From the NCBI GenBank assembly GCA_002633005.1, contig NMRA01000068.1:160453-224452 (forward strand): a stretch of 64,000 nucleotides of DNA, in the 5' to 3' direction. Position numbers and translations under genes: made by a program. The notes beneath the pieces were generated by a model. That model did not search any database, had not been told where the DNA came from, and saw nothing but the letters and a program-made list of their open reading frames with translations. Below are positions 1-13,500 of the stretch, in pieces; the stretch's first letter is position 1, and each line of letters begins with the position of its first letter. The stretch is from Phoronis australis. Its lineage: Eukaryota; Animalia; Phoronida.

Positions 1-301
1 AAATTGGTTCTCAAAATTTTGGCAGGTTATATCCAACCATTACCATTTATTAGGTGTTCATTGGTGATAAGTGCAAAAAGTTCGATCAACTGGTCTTCTG
101 ACTATGCGTTTTGATTGAATATACTAAACAATATTTATGGAAACATTACATCTATGGATGATAGATTAGATATAAACGTGTTTTCCTAAAGTGCAACTGT
201 CTCCTTTTAGTTTTTCATCCTAAATATGTAACGCTTTTGGTTGTTCTTAATTACTGATGCCAGAAAAATGGTGCTTACTGAAATTGTTTTTGCGTGACTA
301 G

Positions 302-3300
302 GATAACCTAAGAAGTGATGGTCGATCGTGTGAGGACTATCGTCCTGTGGAGTTAGAGACAGATGTGGTATCCACTGCTAATGGCTCAGCTCGAGTGAGG
401 CTCGTAAGTTTAAACACACTCTCCACTTTTACCGAGTTCGAATCTACAGTTTTGCAGATATTTGTCTAAATACACAGTATGCAACTTAGTTTCAGTGCTA
501 CACATATGTAACCTTTACAACAGTAGGGGTAACTGGTCTCAATGTTAATTAAACATTTGCAAGATTGGTGTTTATTTAATTAAATGAATTTGCAACATTT
601 AAGGAAAGTTGTATCAGTTGTTGGTTGCAACCAATTGATTTTTTTTTCAGGCAAATACTGATGTTTTGGTTGGAATTAAGGCAGATCTAGTGGCGACTAC
701 TGCTGATAAGCCTAAAGAAGGAAGACTGGAATTTTTTGTAGATTGGTAAATTGCCATATGAAACGAACATCAATTTGGAATCTTATGATCATGTTTAATG
801 ACAGTTTATTGGTTCCGGAAATTCATTGTGTTTGTCAATATTCAAGGTTCCAGTTGTGTTTGTTGGAATGATATTCTGAAAGCAGTGGCTCTATGGCTGT
901 GTAGGTGACTATGTTGTTATCATTTTTAAACCTTGTTAGTAGCTCTGCATGTCACCACTAGGAGAGTTTGGCTTATTTGTAGCTCTGCATATCGCCACCA
1001 GAGGAGTTTAGATTTGTAGCTCTGCATATCGCCACCAGGGGAGTTTAGTTTATTTGTACATCTGCACATCATAATCAAGAGAGTTAAGTTTCCCAATAAT
1101 GGGAAAGTGCAAAATAAGCGATTTTCATTACGAAAGTGGTAGTTTTTTACGTTTATTTAACATCTTGATGACGCAATTCATTAAATATTTGATTGATTAG
1201 GAGCCTCATAGGAAAAAGACTGGTTGTGAGGGTTGTTTTGATAGAGGTGCGGTAGTTACTCACTTTCATCGGCATTATGTATTGTAGTTCTGCTAACGCT
1301 ACTCCAGCTTTTGAGGGTCGCGGTGGTGAAGAGTTGGCCCATCAGATCTGTAACTGTCTGAGTCAAGCCTACAGTACAAGTGTGGACCTAAACCATCTGT
1401 GTGTGTTGGATGGAGAACAGTGTTGGCTCCTTTATGTGGACATAGTGGTGGGTAGAATACGTGTCACTGAGTGGTGGCTGGTATCATACACGTGCGCTAT
1501 AGTTATCTAGCAACCCAGACAAAGGGTGTTCAGCTATGTGGTTTCACGAATTCACAGGAAATCTGCATTAGAATGAATGTGCGTTTCATTTCACAACTGT
1601 TTAGTGCATTCATTGTAATTTGAACTGATTATCAAAACAGACCAAGGGTGACATTTTTTGTTAGTTGTTGCTACCAGCTAATTAGCTAGTTGGTATTCGC
1701 GTAAACTTCAACAAGCTTAAGTGTGGACTGTCACTGTATGTGCTCATCAGAGGCACATGAACTAGGCCGTTGTCAATGATATAGAACTTATGAATTTTAG
1801 TTTCTAGGCTTAAACAACATGAGGGACTGTTTACATTCCAATCACTAAGACAAAACAAAGTATTATAATTGTAAAATAACTTCTATCATGCCGTGAACAC
1901 ATCCACTACCACAAAAAACTGTAGGAACGCTGCATTTATCCACCTTCACTCTTATCAGGCTTCTATTGTGAGTCAGCATGCGTGAATAATTGGCTGATAA
2001 GCCACCTCTGGAACTCCTTTGGGCTGAATGGATGATTAGGCCATAAAATGATAATTAGCCAAGACCAGTTAAATAGTGCTGCATTGAATAGTTAATTCCT
2101 TCATGGCACTTTTGAAAGAGTGGGCATCATCTGCTAGTCTTTCGCCAAAAGTGTTTTAAAAAACTTGATTTACCGACCTCTGATTTTCTGGATTATGCAA
2201 ACATTAAAATTCAAATATGCAACGTTTTCATTTCCGCCATCATTATGCTATAGAAACAAGAAAAATTGGCAACAATCCATACAAGCAACAAAGAATATGT
2301 CGTAGCATCACCTAGCCTTGGTGGAAAGCTGTATACTGGACGCTTACAAAAATTCATTTCACGTGGAGGGGACGCTTATTGTAGCCTAAGGCAGTTGAAA
2401 CCCGGTTTCCGAAACGGGTAAAATCGGAAGCTAGGATTTATCAAATTTTTGCTCTGTGACGTATTTGTAGCCTATGACAGTGTTTCTACAAAATTGTGGT
2501 GCATTGCTATCAAACTCCATTGTTAAATTACGATCATTTTTCAAAAAATTGTGCTGAAATCCCAGGGCGAAAACTTGCCGACTGATACGTAGCTGAATCG
2601 TGATCGTCGATAGGAAACTTGAATTCTTGAATAAAATAGTTTCGACTCAAACTACCTGAAATTCTCTATATGGTTTACAATATTTTAGGCTCATGTGGAG
2701 TCCAGATTAATTGTGATAAAGTCCAAATCTGCGCTACATCGTACCCCGCAACACGACAAAAATCTCTGGATGAACACACATGTTGTTGTCACATGATTTT
2801 TTTTTTGAAGTTCGTCTGCGTATAAGAGAGAGTGCGCATGCGGGTCATCGACGACAGACTTTTGTTACAAAAGGCTGAGGATTATGCAAGAAAATGGCGT
2901 TTATTAGATTGTTTTTTTTACTTAAACGGCTGCAACGTGCAAGGTGAGTGCCGGTTAACTCACAGATTTTGTGTGCACAGGCCGACGGTCGTTTGTTCTA
3001 CCGTGGAGTAAAACATAGACTCGATCTACATGTTGGGGACGAGGTGACGAGGTGAACTACCCGGGCTGTGTGAAATTTCTGGGTCTAACGGAGACACTGA
3101 CGCAGTGGTACCTATAATCAGCCAGCTCGCTGTATCAAGACTATCGTCAAAATCCAAATTTGTTTTTATCGTGTCCCTGTCAATAATAACGGCATGCTAA
3201 AGTTTCTTATTGTTCGTACTTCAGGAACATAACGTATACATACGCGCACGCCGCATATCACATCTCGGAAATTTCCGATTTGACGGATGACAATCAATGA

Positions 3301-6300
3301 CCACAATGAAATTAAACAACGCCGTTTTACATCTTGTAAGAGCTGTATTTTGAATATTGCAATGCATGTGTTCCAAAATCTAAATAATGGGTCCTATATT
3401 TTTGTATTCGTGCGCGCCAAATGAAACTATGTAAAATGCTCTTCATAAAAGGTACGGTCATCTAGGCTAGATTGTAATCAGCGCATGAGCGAAGCCAATT
3501 ATCCTCGCTCGTGACTCGATGAATAGAGGAGCTAGGTGGGATCCCTTTGATCGTGAACTGAGCGCAACGCAGCCAAACTGGATAAATACAGTCTAGTTCA
3601 ATCGGCCAAACCCCACAGTTTTCCCTGATCAGTGGGGTTGTGACATCATCTTGTTTAGTGGGAATGTTCACAGCATGATAAAAGTGCCTTTGATATTCTT
3701 TTCTCTCTAAAATAATATGTAGCGTTCTCACAGTAAACGTCTCCTTGGAGACGTTTTCTCACTGAAGATCACACCTGATTCATGTGAACACGAGAAATAC
3801 AAGCTGGGAATCTGTTACAGAAGTAGGCCTACAAAATGTGTTGCTTTGATCTGAAATCTCAGTTAATGCTCAAATATTCAGACCTCAGTAGCCAGCTTCA
3901 AAATAATGGACAAGTTAATTTTAACGCTGAATTTCACTTGGGACTTCACAGATGTAATCCTGCCTGTCTCTTCATCTTGTCCTCAGTCAGCGAGATCCAA
4001 GTGCTTCCCCTGTAGTGACTGACTTTTTCCATAAGATTTTAGTCTCGTGTTTGTCAGTTATCTTTAAAAAGACATCATATTCAAATTTTAATGTGCATTA
4101 TTAGCAACAAATTCACCAGCTCAGATCCAATTTTTAATCAATTAAATAGAAAATAGCTGCAACTTTGTTAAGTGGTTTGTCTTCCCACCTTAACCACCCT
4201 CTATAGATGACCACAGTTGATTTCATTCACTTCATCACTTGTCATGAGAATTAATGCCCTGTTAGGTCTGCAGAATATTTAAGGGCTGTTCCAGTAAAAT
4301 CTGTATGGGAGAGGGGGGAAGGCACCTTTTTTTCGCACCCACCACCCATATTTTTCACTTATTTCTTCAGCCTACCACCCGTAATTTTTTATAAGTTTGA
4401 AATGCAACCACCCGTAATTTTTTTTTGTTCTTGTGGTTGACTGCACAGGCGCTTGAGTTTATCTGTTCCTCCATCACCACTAACGTCATTCATTACTAAG
4501 AAAACATATGTTTCTTATATATGGTTATTAGCCATCGAGAAATTCGAGCACCTGTGGTTAAATGGTGTTATGGGCATGCCGATGAGATCGGAGGGAGTGA
4601 AAAAGTCGGAGCTTTTTGCAAGTTGCATTTTTGTTTCAGTTTTTGATTCTGAGCGGATTGTTTATAAAATTTACTGAAATTACTCACCATCAAACATTTA
4701 TGGCCCAATGAAACAACAACGACCTGTAAATTTTTATTGTGAAGTACGACCACCAGCCATTTTGAATTTAAATCAAACGCAACCACCCATAAATTTTTAT
4801 TTCAGTTGCCTTCCCCCCCTCCCACACAGATTTTGCTGGAACAGCCCTAACTGGTAAATGTGTACGTGAAGCTTTATTTTTGACGTTTTTAAATGATAAG
4901 TGGAGTGCTTCCGTTAACAATACAAAACTTGTTGGAGATTAGTAGGTATTGATTCGCATATGTTGGATGTTGCTGATTTTGTGTGGTGGTAAAGCAAGCA
5001 TTATTAACTATTAACTTGAAGTGGATATGTATTTGATGTGTATAAATAAGATGTATACATATTTGTGTGTAAAATCAGTACGGTTGCATCTGCGTTTCAG
5101 TTGCTGGAGTGTGGAGGTAATTTGTTCGATGCTGTCTCTTTGGCTGTCAAGGCTGCCTTACATAACGTCAGGTGTGTTGTTGTCTATTTACCTCTGTCAT
5201 TAATTTACTAGGCGTGTTATATCTTAGGAAGCAGTATGGTAAATATGGCGAAATCATTTACTGAGATACTAAAATTGACGCATGGTACAAGAGGTACCGG
5301 CCTGGTTTGCTAAGTATTTTCCGCTATACGCTTGATAAGGATGTCATTGTAGAGGGGAGTTAATTGAATACCACAGTCCTGATTCAAAAGGGGGCGCTGG
5401 ATCCTGATTTTGATAGATTCCTTGATTTTCTGTGCATGCCAGTTCCGCTCCTTGCCAAGGATCTTGGCGGAGGCAAGAGAGACAGGATGTCCAGTGGTCA
5501 ATAATAAACTGCTGGAGATTTCTTTGGTACCCAGTGATTGCGAAAATACACTTTTACAATTAACTTTTGTAGAATTCCCAATGTTACTAGTAGTAAGAAT
5601 GAGAAAGGTGGACTGGAGGTTGAGCTGTCTGATGACCCCTTTGACTGCAAGAGGCTGTCAGTGGACAACGCACCTGTACTTATTACCTTGAATAGGGTGA
5701 GTGGGTCAGTGGACAATCCACCTATAATGATTACCATAAATAGTGCCATTAGACAACACACCTGTACTGATTACTTTGAAATATGTTTTCTGTGGACCAG
5801 TGCATCTGTACTGATTTTTATGGTTTAGCATGACGTCGTTTTAAACCCAGTCAAATAATATTGAAATGCTTAAAACCGATAGCAATGAGGCCAGAATTGC
5901 ATTTCACGGGAAGTCACTATGCACTGGTCAATTTTAATCCTTCTGCACTCCTTAGGAGCATACAATGGGTACAACCATTGTTGGAGCATACTGGTTACAC
6001 CAAACGTATACTTTTGTAAAAATTCAAAGGGCTGAACTGCTCTCGTGGTTAACTGAATTGGACCAAATCAAAGTGCTGCAGTCCTATTTCTGTGTGGGTT
6101 GAAATCATGGTATTTATTGGCACATATGTCATAACTAAACATTTGAATAATGCTGGAAATGAAAGGTAGTAAACAGCCTATTCGTTGTAATGTTATCAAG
6201 GCTTAGGTATTTGTAATCAAGGTACAAAATAGCAAGGATTTTCCAATTGCTTTGTTTAGTTTCTGGAGACTCCTTTATTTGATTTCATCAGAATTAAAAC

Positions 6301-7407
6301 TTTTTTTGTAGCATTTATTATTGATGTGCTCAATCCATTATGGATAATATTTTCATTATTTCTTTCACCTGCTTTGTTGAGTTGTTGGCAAGACTTCTTT
6401 ATTTCATTGCTTATAACTTTTGCAACACATTTTTAGTATAAATATGGTTAAGCCATCGATGGTAGTATTTCAATGATTAACATCAGACTTGCTGGTTCAT
6501 TTAATTCACCTCTTGAATGACTGCCGGTATGGATGATTGGGCATCATTGTAAGGTATGTGCTAGTATGGATGAAATACTGACTACATTGTAGGTTGGCCA
6601 TCCTCATATCGTAGATGCCAGTATGGGTGAAATACTGACTACATTGTAGGTTGGCCATCATCATGTTGTATTTGCTAGTATGGATGAAATACTGACTACA
6701 TTGTAGGTTGGCCATCATCATATTGTATATTCTAGTATGGATGAAATACTGACTACATTGTAGGTTGGTCATCATCATATCGTAGATGCCAGTATGGATG
6801 AAGAGTCCTGTTGCCCAGTCAGGTAATACTCTTTATGTCATGATCTTGTGAACTCGTGTGTAATTTGCTAGTTTGACTAGCATTATCACGGTCACCATTT
6901 ATTTGATGGCTTCACCCAATGGTAATGTAGAAATTTCTGTCTGTATATTGCAATTTTTGCTATTAAGTTTCTCCAGTACAGAGCTTTGTGAAATTTGGCA
7001 AACAAGTTTATGTGAAAGAAATGACAACACCTGCCCAGTTTCAGATCAATTCAGCCATTTTTGTTATTTTCGTGTTTTTTGGCATTTGGCACGTGTGCTT
7101 ACTTGCAAGCTGCTTATTGTTGAAATGATCTAACACGATTTTTCCTAAACATTTTGTGCATTCATTAATTGCATTAAATTTATGTTAACTGTGTTTCAGT
7201 TTAATACTTGGAGTTTGTCAAGATGGAAAGATAACGATCACAAAACTGCACGGCTCTGGTAGCTTAGATCCCAGGAGTATTTCGGAAATGTACGAGACAG
7301 GAAAGACTGTTGGAATACATCTTAATTCTGTGCTGTTACAAAAACTCATCGAAGAAGATAAATTAAAAGATACAAGATCTAAAACTGGGTTTTTGGCATC
7401 AAGTTGA
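302..7407 (+). CDS. EXOSC7: Exosome complex component RRP42 (5'-partial, 7 coding exons visible)
   Basis: Exons read with GT-AG boundaries and consistent phase: 302-403 (DNLRSDGRSCEDYRPVELETDVV..GSARVRL), 651-745 (NTDVLVGIKA..EGRLEFFVDC), 1288-1447 (SANATPAFEGRGG..CWLLYVDIV), 5101-5171 (LLECGGNLFDAVSLAVKAAL), 5573-5696 (IPNV..ELSDDPFDCKRLSVDNAP), 6764-6822 (VGHHHIVDASMDEESC), 7200-7407 (..GSLDPRSISEMYETGK..KTGFLASS*). Matches remembered RRP42 sequence throughout; AATAAA at 7559-7564. Confidence 0.95.
938..1085. repeat. About 40-bp intronic tandem repeat
   Basis: TAGCTCTGCATATCGCCACCAG..GAGTTT, about 4 copies. Confidence 0.75.
4283..4847. mobile_element. PIF/Harbinger-like MITE
   Basis: About 40-bp TIR GGGCTGTTCCAG..CTGGAACAGCCC with TAA on both sides; a partial second copy ends at 17378. 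Confidence 0.8.
5310..5501 (-). mobile_element. Penelope-like element fragment (GIY-YIG endonuclease C-terminus)
   Basis: AKILGKERNWHAQKIKESIKIRIQRPLLNQDCG resembles the end of Penelope ORFs; lies in an EXOSC7 intron. Confidence 0.7.
6527..6802 (+). repeat. 57-bp tandem repeat spanning an EXOSC7 splice acceptor
   Basis: Acceptor-like TTGTAG|GTTGG ending at 6592, 6649, 6706 and 6763; the last is the real exon start. Confidence 0.9.
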
Positions 7408-7597
7408 TGGCTACGTTAAAGAAACTGAGTGGTGGTGCCCTCTGATGTGATGTTATTGAACTAGAACATTTGCTTTTTAATTTGTAAAGGCAAAGAAATG
7501 CAAGTTCTCAGTGAAGTCGACAGCTGTATATTACACAAAAATACTACTTTTTACAATGAATAAATTGTGAAAGAAAACCATTCTGTGCCTTGGTTGT

Positions 7598-10500
7598 TCA
7601 TTTTCGTTTATACCTGCAAAATGAAGTCTAATTAACTCACATTGCACATTATTAAAGCGACTATTGATACTTCTGTCCACTGATTGTCTTAAAAACAAGT
7701 TGAGAACAAAACACAACACCAGAGTGCAGCATGAAAACAACGTTTTGATATTAACCAAATATCATCATCAGGTACAATAGTAGACAGAGAACGACATACC
7801 ATATAAAGAGAAAGTTCACATTGCCATGCAAGGCACATATGTCAACTAAAAACTACCACAGCATTCTGTTAGTATGATATTGCTTACTGTCTACAATTGC
7901 ACCTGATGATAATTGATTAATATTGAAACATCGTTTTCATGCTACACCCGAGCATTGTTTTTGTTCTCCAATTCTTACAATGACTTCAGTTTTAAGGTGA
8001 TGTTGCCTGAATAGCCATGGAATATCACTTTTCATTCAAGCTGCCTAGATTAACAGATGTCAACTATGGTGAACTAATCAATCAGGTGCTGTAAAAACTA
8101 TAAACCCCCAACAGAGTAAACAAAACAATCAATGTTGGTACATTAATGCAGGTAAAACGTGCAAATCTAATAACAGAAAAATCAGAAAATTAGCAACACT
8201 AGTAGTATGATAAAACAAATTTTGGTCCTCGGGCAGCAGTGCTCTGTCTCGGTCCATAAAAGTTCGCACTGTCGTCTGAATCAGTCTGCTTTTGTATTGT
8301 TAGTCCGTGTTTTTGTACTGTTGCTGTTAAATCAGTTATTTTAATATTAATTTACCGGAACATATATTATACCAACTGTTGGGAGACTGTTGTGGGCATT
8401 GCAAGGCTGCCAACTTATTATGCACAAAATCAGTAACCTTCATTTAAAATATGTACTTTGCAATATTTTCAAAAAGTTTAAATTTCAATCAAAAGATGGT
8501 GCAATAACCTCAAAACAACAACTTTGAGTTTCATATGAGGTTTCATTAAAAACTTGACATTATGCAAGAAAAATCTGTTCATCACATCAATGTCATTTTG
8601 ACTTTATTGCCATCGGAATGGTTGATTTCACGCAAAACGAAGCACGGGCCAGCAAATAACGATATCTCATAACTTCCCAATCCATGGAATTCACTATTAT
8701 TTTCAACATGAAAGATGCCACTCAATACCATAATAACAACAGAAATGTCACATCCATCGGCAAGACTTTGAAGGACACCAAAGAACATCTGTTGATGCTG
8801 GTTACTGTGAATAGACAAAAAACGTGACTGAACAGTGTTTTGTGATATGCTTACCTGCTTTTTGATTTGAAAGACTTTTTCTTGGCCCCACCTTTTCTAT
8901 GTTCCTTTTGTGAGGCACTGAAAGTACGACAATGATCCAGATTATTAACAATATCTGAATGAAACAATTTGCAATGGTTGGCAATGGTGGTACATCACTC
9001 CAAGCAACAACTTACCTTGTATTCCACTGAAAGTAAAATTGTAGTTGTGTGTCTTAGCAGTAGCCATTCTCTGTCTCAGTTTACAATGTATTAAGAGTGA
9101 AGTGACACAGTAAGTAGCACAATCCAAGTGACATCAGCATATCTGAACATTGTCTGTCCAGTACTTCTGATCAATGGCTGCCTAGGACATCTGATGATCA
9201 TTGCCCGTCCAGCACATCTGATCACTGCCTGTCCAGAACATCTGATCACTGCCCGTCCAGCACATCAGATCACTGCCCATCCAGAACATCTGATCACTGC
9301 CCGTCCAGAACATCTGATCACTGCCCGTCCAGAAATCTGATCACTGCCTGTCCAGAACATCTGCTCACTGCCCGTCCAGGACATCTGATCATTGCCCGTC
9401 CAGAACATCTGATCACTGCCCGTCCAGAAATCTGATCACTGCCCGTCCAGGACATCTGATCAAAAGCTGTACATCCATTTCTGCCACCTCTGCATATGAT
9501 TTTCTCAATTCACTATTTGTTAGTATGGCAAGAAGAAATTTGCATAATGCCCAACAGAATGGAAGAGTGTTAATTACAGTTATTATAGTTTTCATGACTG
9601 CAAATATATACAGTACAAGGGCAAGTTCCGCAGACATATAACATAAGCTAATGCAATCACAAGCGTGGTAATATTTCGCCAAGACTTGCGTGGTCCTTTT
9701 TTCACAAGATACCTGCTGTACAGAATGTAGTGCTCACAAGTCTCACCTGGCTCTTAACTGTTTGACGGCCTTCTTACTGGTATTGACCAACTCTTGGTCA
9801 AATGAGGACTTCTTGGGCTTCTTCTTGCTTTTAGCAACAGGCTCTGGGTGTAAACAGGTATATATATAGATTAAGGGAGCTCCTTGGAAGTAACAAAGCT
9901 CACAAATAGCAATATGCATCACCATCATTGAAAACTTTTTAGTTTGGATGCCATATTTCTGTGTATTAGACACTATGCCAATTTTTGACACTGCACGAAT
10001 CTGAAATTTGGCGTATTTGTCTGAACGTAGAACGCCCGAATTCAGTTTAGGAGGAATTGAAGATACCATGTGTGCAAAAAGTTCCGACTTATTTCTTACA
10101 AAATAGATTTTGGCAAGTTATCAATGCCAGAATAAAACCCACGACTGCTCACCCAATAGTATGCTTCTAGGGGTGTTTATTAGTATAGTAAAAATGGCAA
10201 AAAGTATGCCAGCCTGTCCATTGTCTCCCTAATAGAAACCTATTTGAAAAATTTCATAAAATACATCAAGGAAATCCAGAGATACAGAGACAAAGAAAAA
10301 AAAATAAAATTGCCATTTCAAATATATTTAAATAGGCTAACTAAACGTATAAATTTTGCAATACAGGTTAAGTTTTTCAAATTTAAAATTTCTGCACTAT
10401 GAACCCAGACAGATGCAGCAAAATAAAAAAATTGAAAACATGGATTGATTACCATATTTGCCGTAACAACCGCCCATGCCCCTATAAGCGCCCCACACGC

Positions 10501-13500
10501 GTTTAAGACTTTGCTAAAATAAGCGCCCAGTCCATGAACGTGCGAAAAATGCCTTACCTACAGTCCTAAAATTCTACAGTAACGTCTTCAATTTATCAAT
10601 AATATCTGACAGTCCTGAAAAAATCCTTGAGCGCAGAATTTGTAGACCACGAGCCTCACCGTTATGTAGGTACTTAGCCGTGACTATACACTTCAAACTT
10701 CCGCCATGCCTCAAAACGAACACAGAAGTTCTGCTGATATTGCGAGGACCAATGGTCTGGCCTTTCAGAACATAAGTAGTGTACTTGTCTACGGGATTGC
10801 TTAGTTTGTAGATATTTCCCGCTTTCAACAGGAATCCAAATTTCGTTGTATGCCTACACGTGAAAACCGCAAATCTTAGACTAATAAACAGCTTGGCCAG
10901 TGTTAAAAGCATGTGGCCAGGAACCGCGCGCTACATACATGAACCTGTCATCAAAGGCATTAGTTAGGAACTATCCATTCATGAAATGGGTAGAATAGAA
11001 TACCATAAAAATGTTTGCGTTATTTTTAAAATGAATTGTTTGATTAACCATAATTGGTGTTTTTAAGCCAAATATCCGATAAAATAACCACTGACAGTGA
11101 ATGCTTACACACCCATACACCGAAAAATAACTGTCAGATAGTCACGTATGCATCCAGCCACTCGGCGACTAATTTGGCTTTACCGAGACAAATGTTTTTA
11201 GCACATGAGACCGGCAAGTGCTGAATGAAACAAGCTCTGGTTGAGGCCTACTGCTTGTGCAAATTTCTTTAGATACAATGCACATCTAGTTCGTTAGATT
11301 GCATGGCTCTGGCCAAAATACGGTCTCTGCTCTGGCAAATGAACTCTGGTGACACCCACGCGCTCGCTTACTCACGAACGCTGACAACTTCAAAACAAAT
11401 ATCACGTGACAACATGTGTGTTCGTTCAAACATTTTTCTCATGTTGCCGGTGTAGATGGCACGATATCAGCACAGATTTGTTCTTAAACCTGCCGTGATC
11501 CAGACTCCACGAGAACTTAAAAAATCTTAGGGACGCCAAACTTGGAAAACTTAAGGAGTATTTCAGGTAAATTGCTTGAGTCGAAACTGTACTTTTATTC
11601 TAGCATTCAAGTCGCCATATTGACAATTGCGAGGCAGGCAGTCGGTGAGAATTCGCCCTGGGATTTCAGCACAATTTTCTGTAAAATGATCGTAATTTAG
11701 CAGCAAAGTTTGATAGCAATGCACCACGGTTTTGTAGAAAGTCTTTCAGAGATTACAGATACGTCACAGAGAGTAAATATAATGAATCTTAGCTTCTGAT
11801 TTCACCTGTTTCGGAGTCCGGGTTTCAATGGCCTTGGGTTATAATAAGCCCCCTCCCCCTGAAACAAACTTTTCTAAGCGCCCTGGGCGGTTATTACGGC
11901 GAATACGGTAATTACAGTCTAACGCTGGTGATGTTAACATGACTGAATATTTTGTTTTGTGTGGCTTTAAGAGTAATTTGGAAAATAACTCGTACAGTAT
12001 TTTTCAGTCATCAACAATCTCTACTGTTACTCATTTAATTTAAAACACTTTCCTTGCTGGCTTCATATGTTAGATTAGACGAATTTAATAATATAGTAAA
12101 TTATCAAAACATTTATGCCAGACGCCATCAACTTACTTGCATCGTCCTCCACAATAGCTCGAATTCTCTTTTGTTTCCGTGATCGTTTGGCTTCACGAAC
12201 CGCGAATGACTGGGATTTTAGTAAGTCAAACTGCACTCGATCTTCAGGCTGTAAAACAGATTCAACTATGGTATCATTTAAACAATTTTACTCAACTACC
12301 TTTAAGTATGATGCAAACATAGAACTTAAAGAAAGTGGAACTTACATGTTCATTCTTTATCTTTGTGGTTGCTCGGTCAAATTAGTTGGAAACACAACAT
12401 ACAGCGATGATGAAAAGTAGGTTGGAAATTGCCAAATGTTTTTAATAACGAGTTTTGTGTTAAAATGATCAGCCATAAATCATTCGACCGTTTCCAGTCA
12501 GTATAGTGACATAGTGTTGAAGACTAACATTCATGATGCGGGTTATGTGAGCCCCCAAGGTACGTCATTAGTGCAAAGGTCACTAATTAGCAGAACTCTT
12601 CATACAAGTTGTCAATGAATACAATTGCGCTTGGTTTAGCATAAATGATGTTCAAACTGTTGTTTAGTTCCTGGGATACAGTAGCAAACTTAGGAGTGTG
12701 CAAATACACATTTAAGGAAACGAATGGGAAGACTGGGAGTTGAAGGATGTAATTATAATTTAAAACAAAAATTTGCATCAGTCAAACACTTGAAACAAAA
12801 CTCACTGTTAAAGTTTTCTTCTTCCTAATGTCTTTTTTAGACTTTGTCAGTTTACCTAGCCTCAGTTGCACTGCAAACATATGAATTTGAGATGAGTACG
12901 CACAACTACATCTGATCAAATAAACACAGAAAAATCAGGAACGCCAACTGGTCTCTAGGTTACCGGTGTAGTGCTCTTACCGCTAAGCTACTAGCACTAC
13001 ACTGGCAATCTAGAGACCTGTGGTTCGATTCCCAGTTGGGGTTCCTGTTTTCTTGTGTTTATTCAATATATTTCAGTACTCAGGGCTTGGAATGACTAAT
13101 GACAAAAAAGCAGAAATTTTTACGGCCCAAAACATGCGCGCACCTAGCCTTGAAATAGTCGATGTGGATCTTTTGCCGACAAAAATCCAGAGGATTAAAA
13201 AAAAAAAGAAATGGTACCACCTCCAGAAGCATGCGTTTGCATCTTTTTACCTCATCCAGCCACTCCCGCCTCCACACATTTTTGGCTGCAGAGTCGTAGT
13301 ATTTGTCACCGTGGTTTACAATCACACGAGACACCATTGAAGAAATCCACCATGCTATCACAGATTCCCCGGCAATGTTGACAATTTACGTTCCTTCGAA
13401 ACATAAAGAGCAACTTCCGCTTTTCGAGGTGAAAGTCGTCGCTTTTCGAGGTGAAAGTCGTCGGCAACGCCGCGGCAAGAAAGAAATTTGCCGCGGAAAT

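Noticed and set aside
938-1085. Repeat as a further copy of the EXOSC7 acceptor at 1288 (TTGTAGCTCTGC versus TTGTAGTTCTGC)
   Set aside because: Similarity is short and the array lies 200 bp from the exon; suggestive but not supportable without alignment statistics.
9128-9340. ORF with HLITARPE repeats
   Set aside because: Translation of a 24-bp minisatellite in a DDX27 intron; no splice or homology support.
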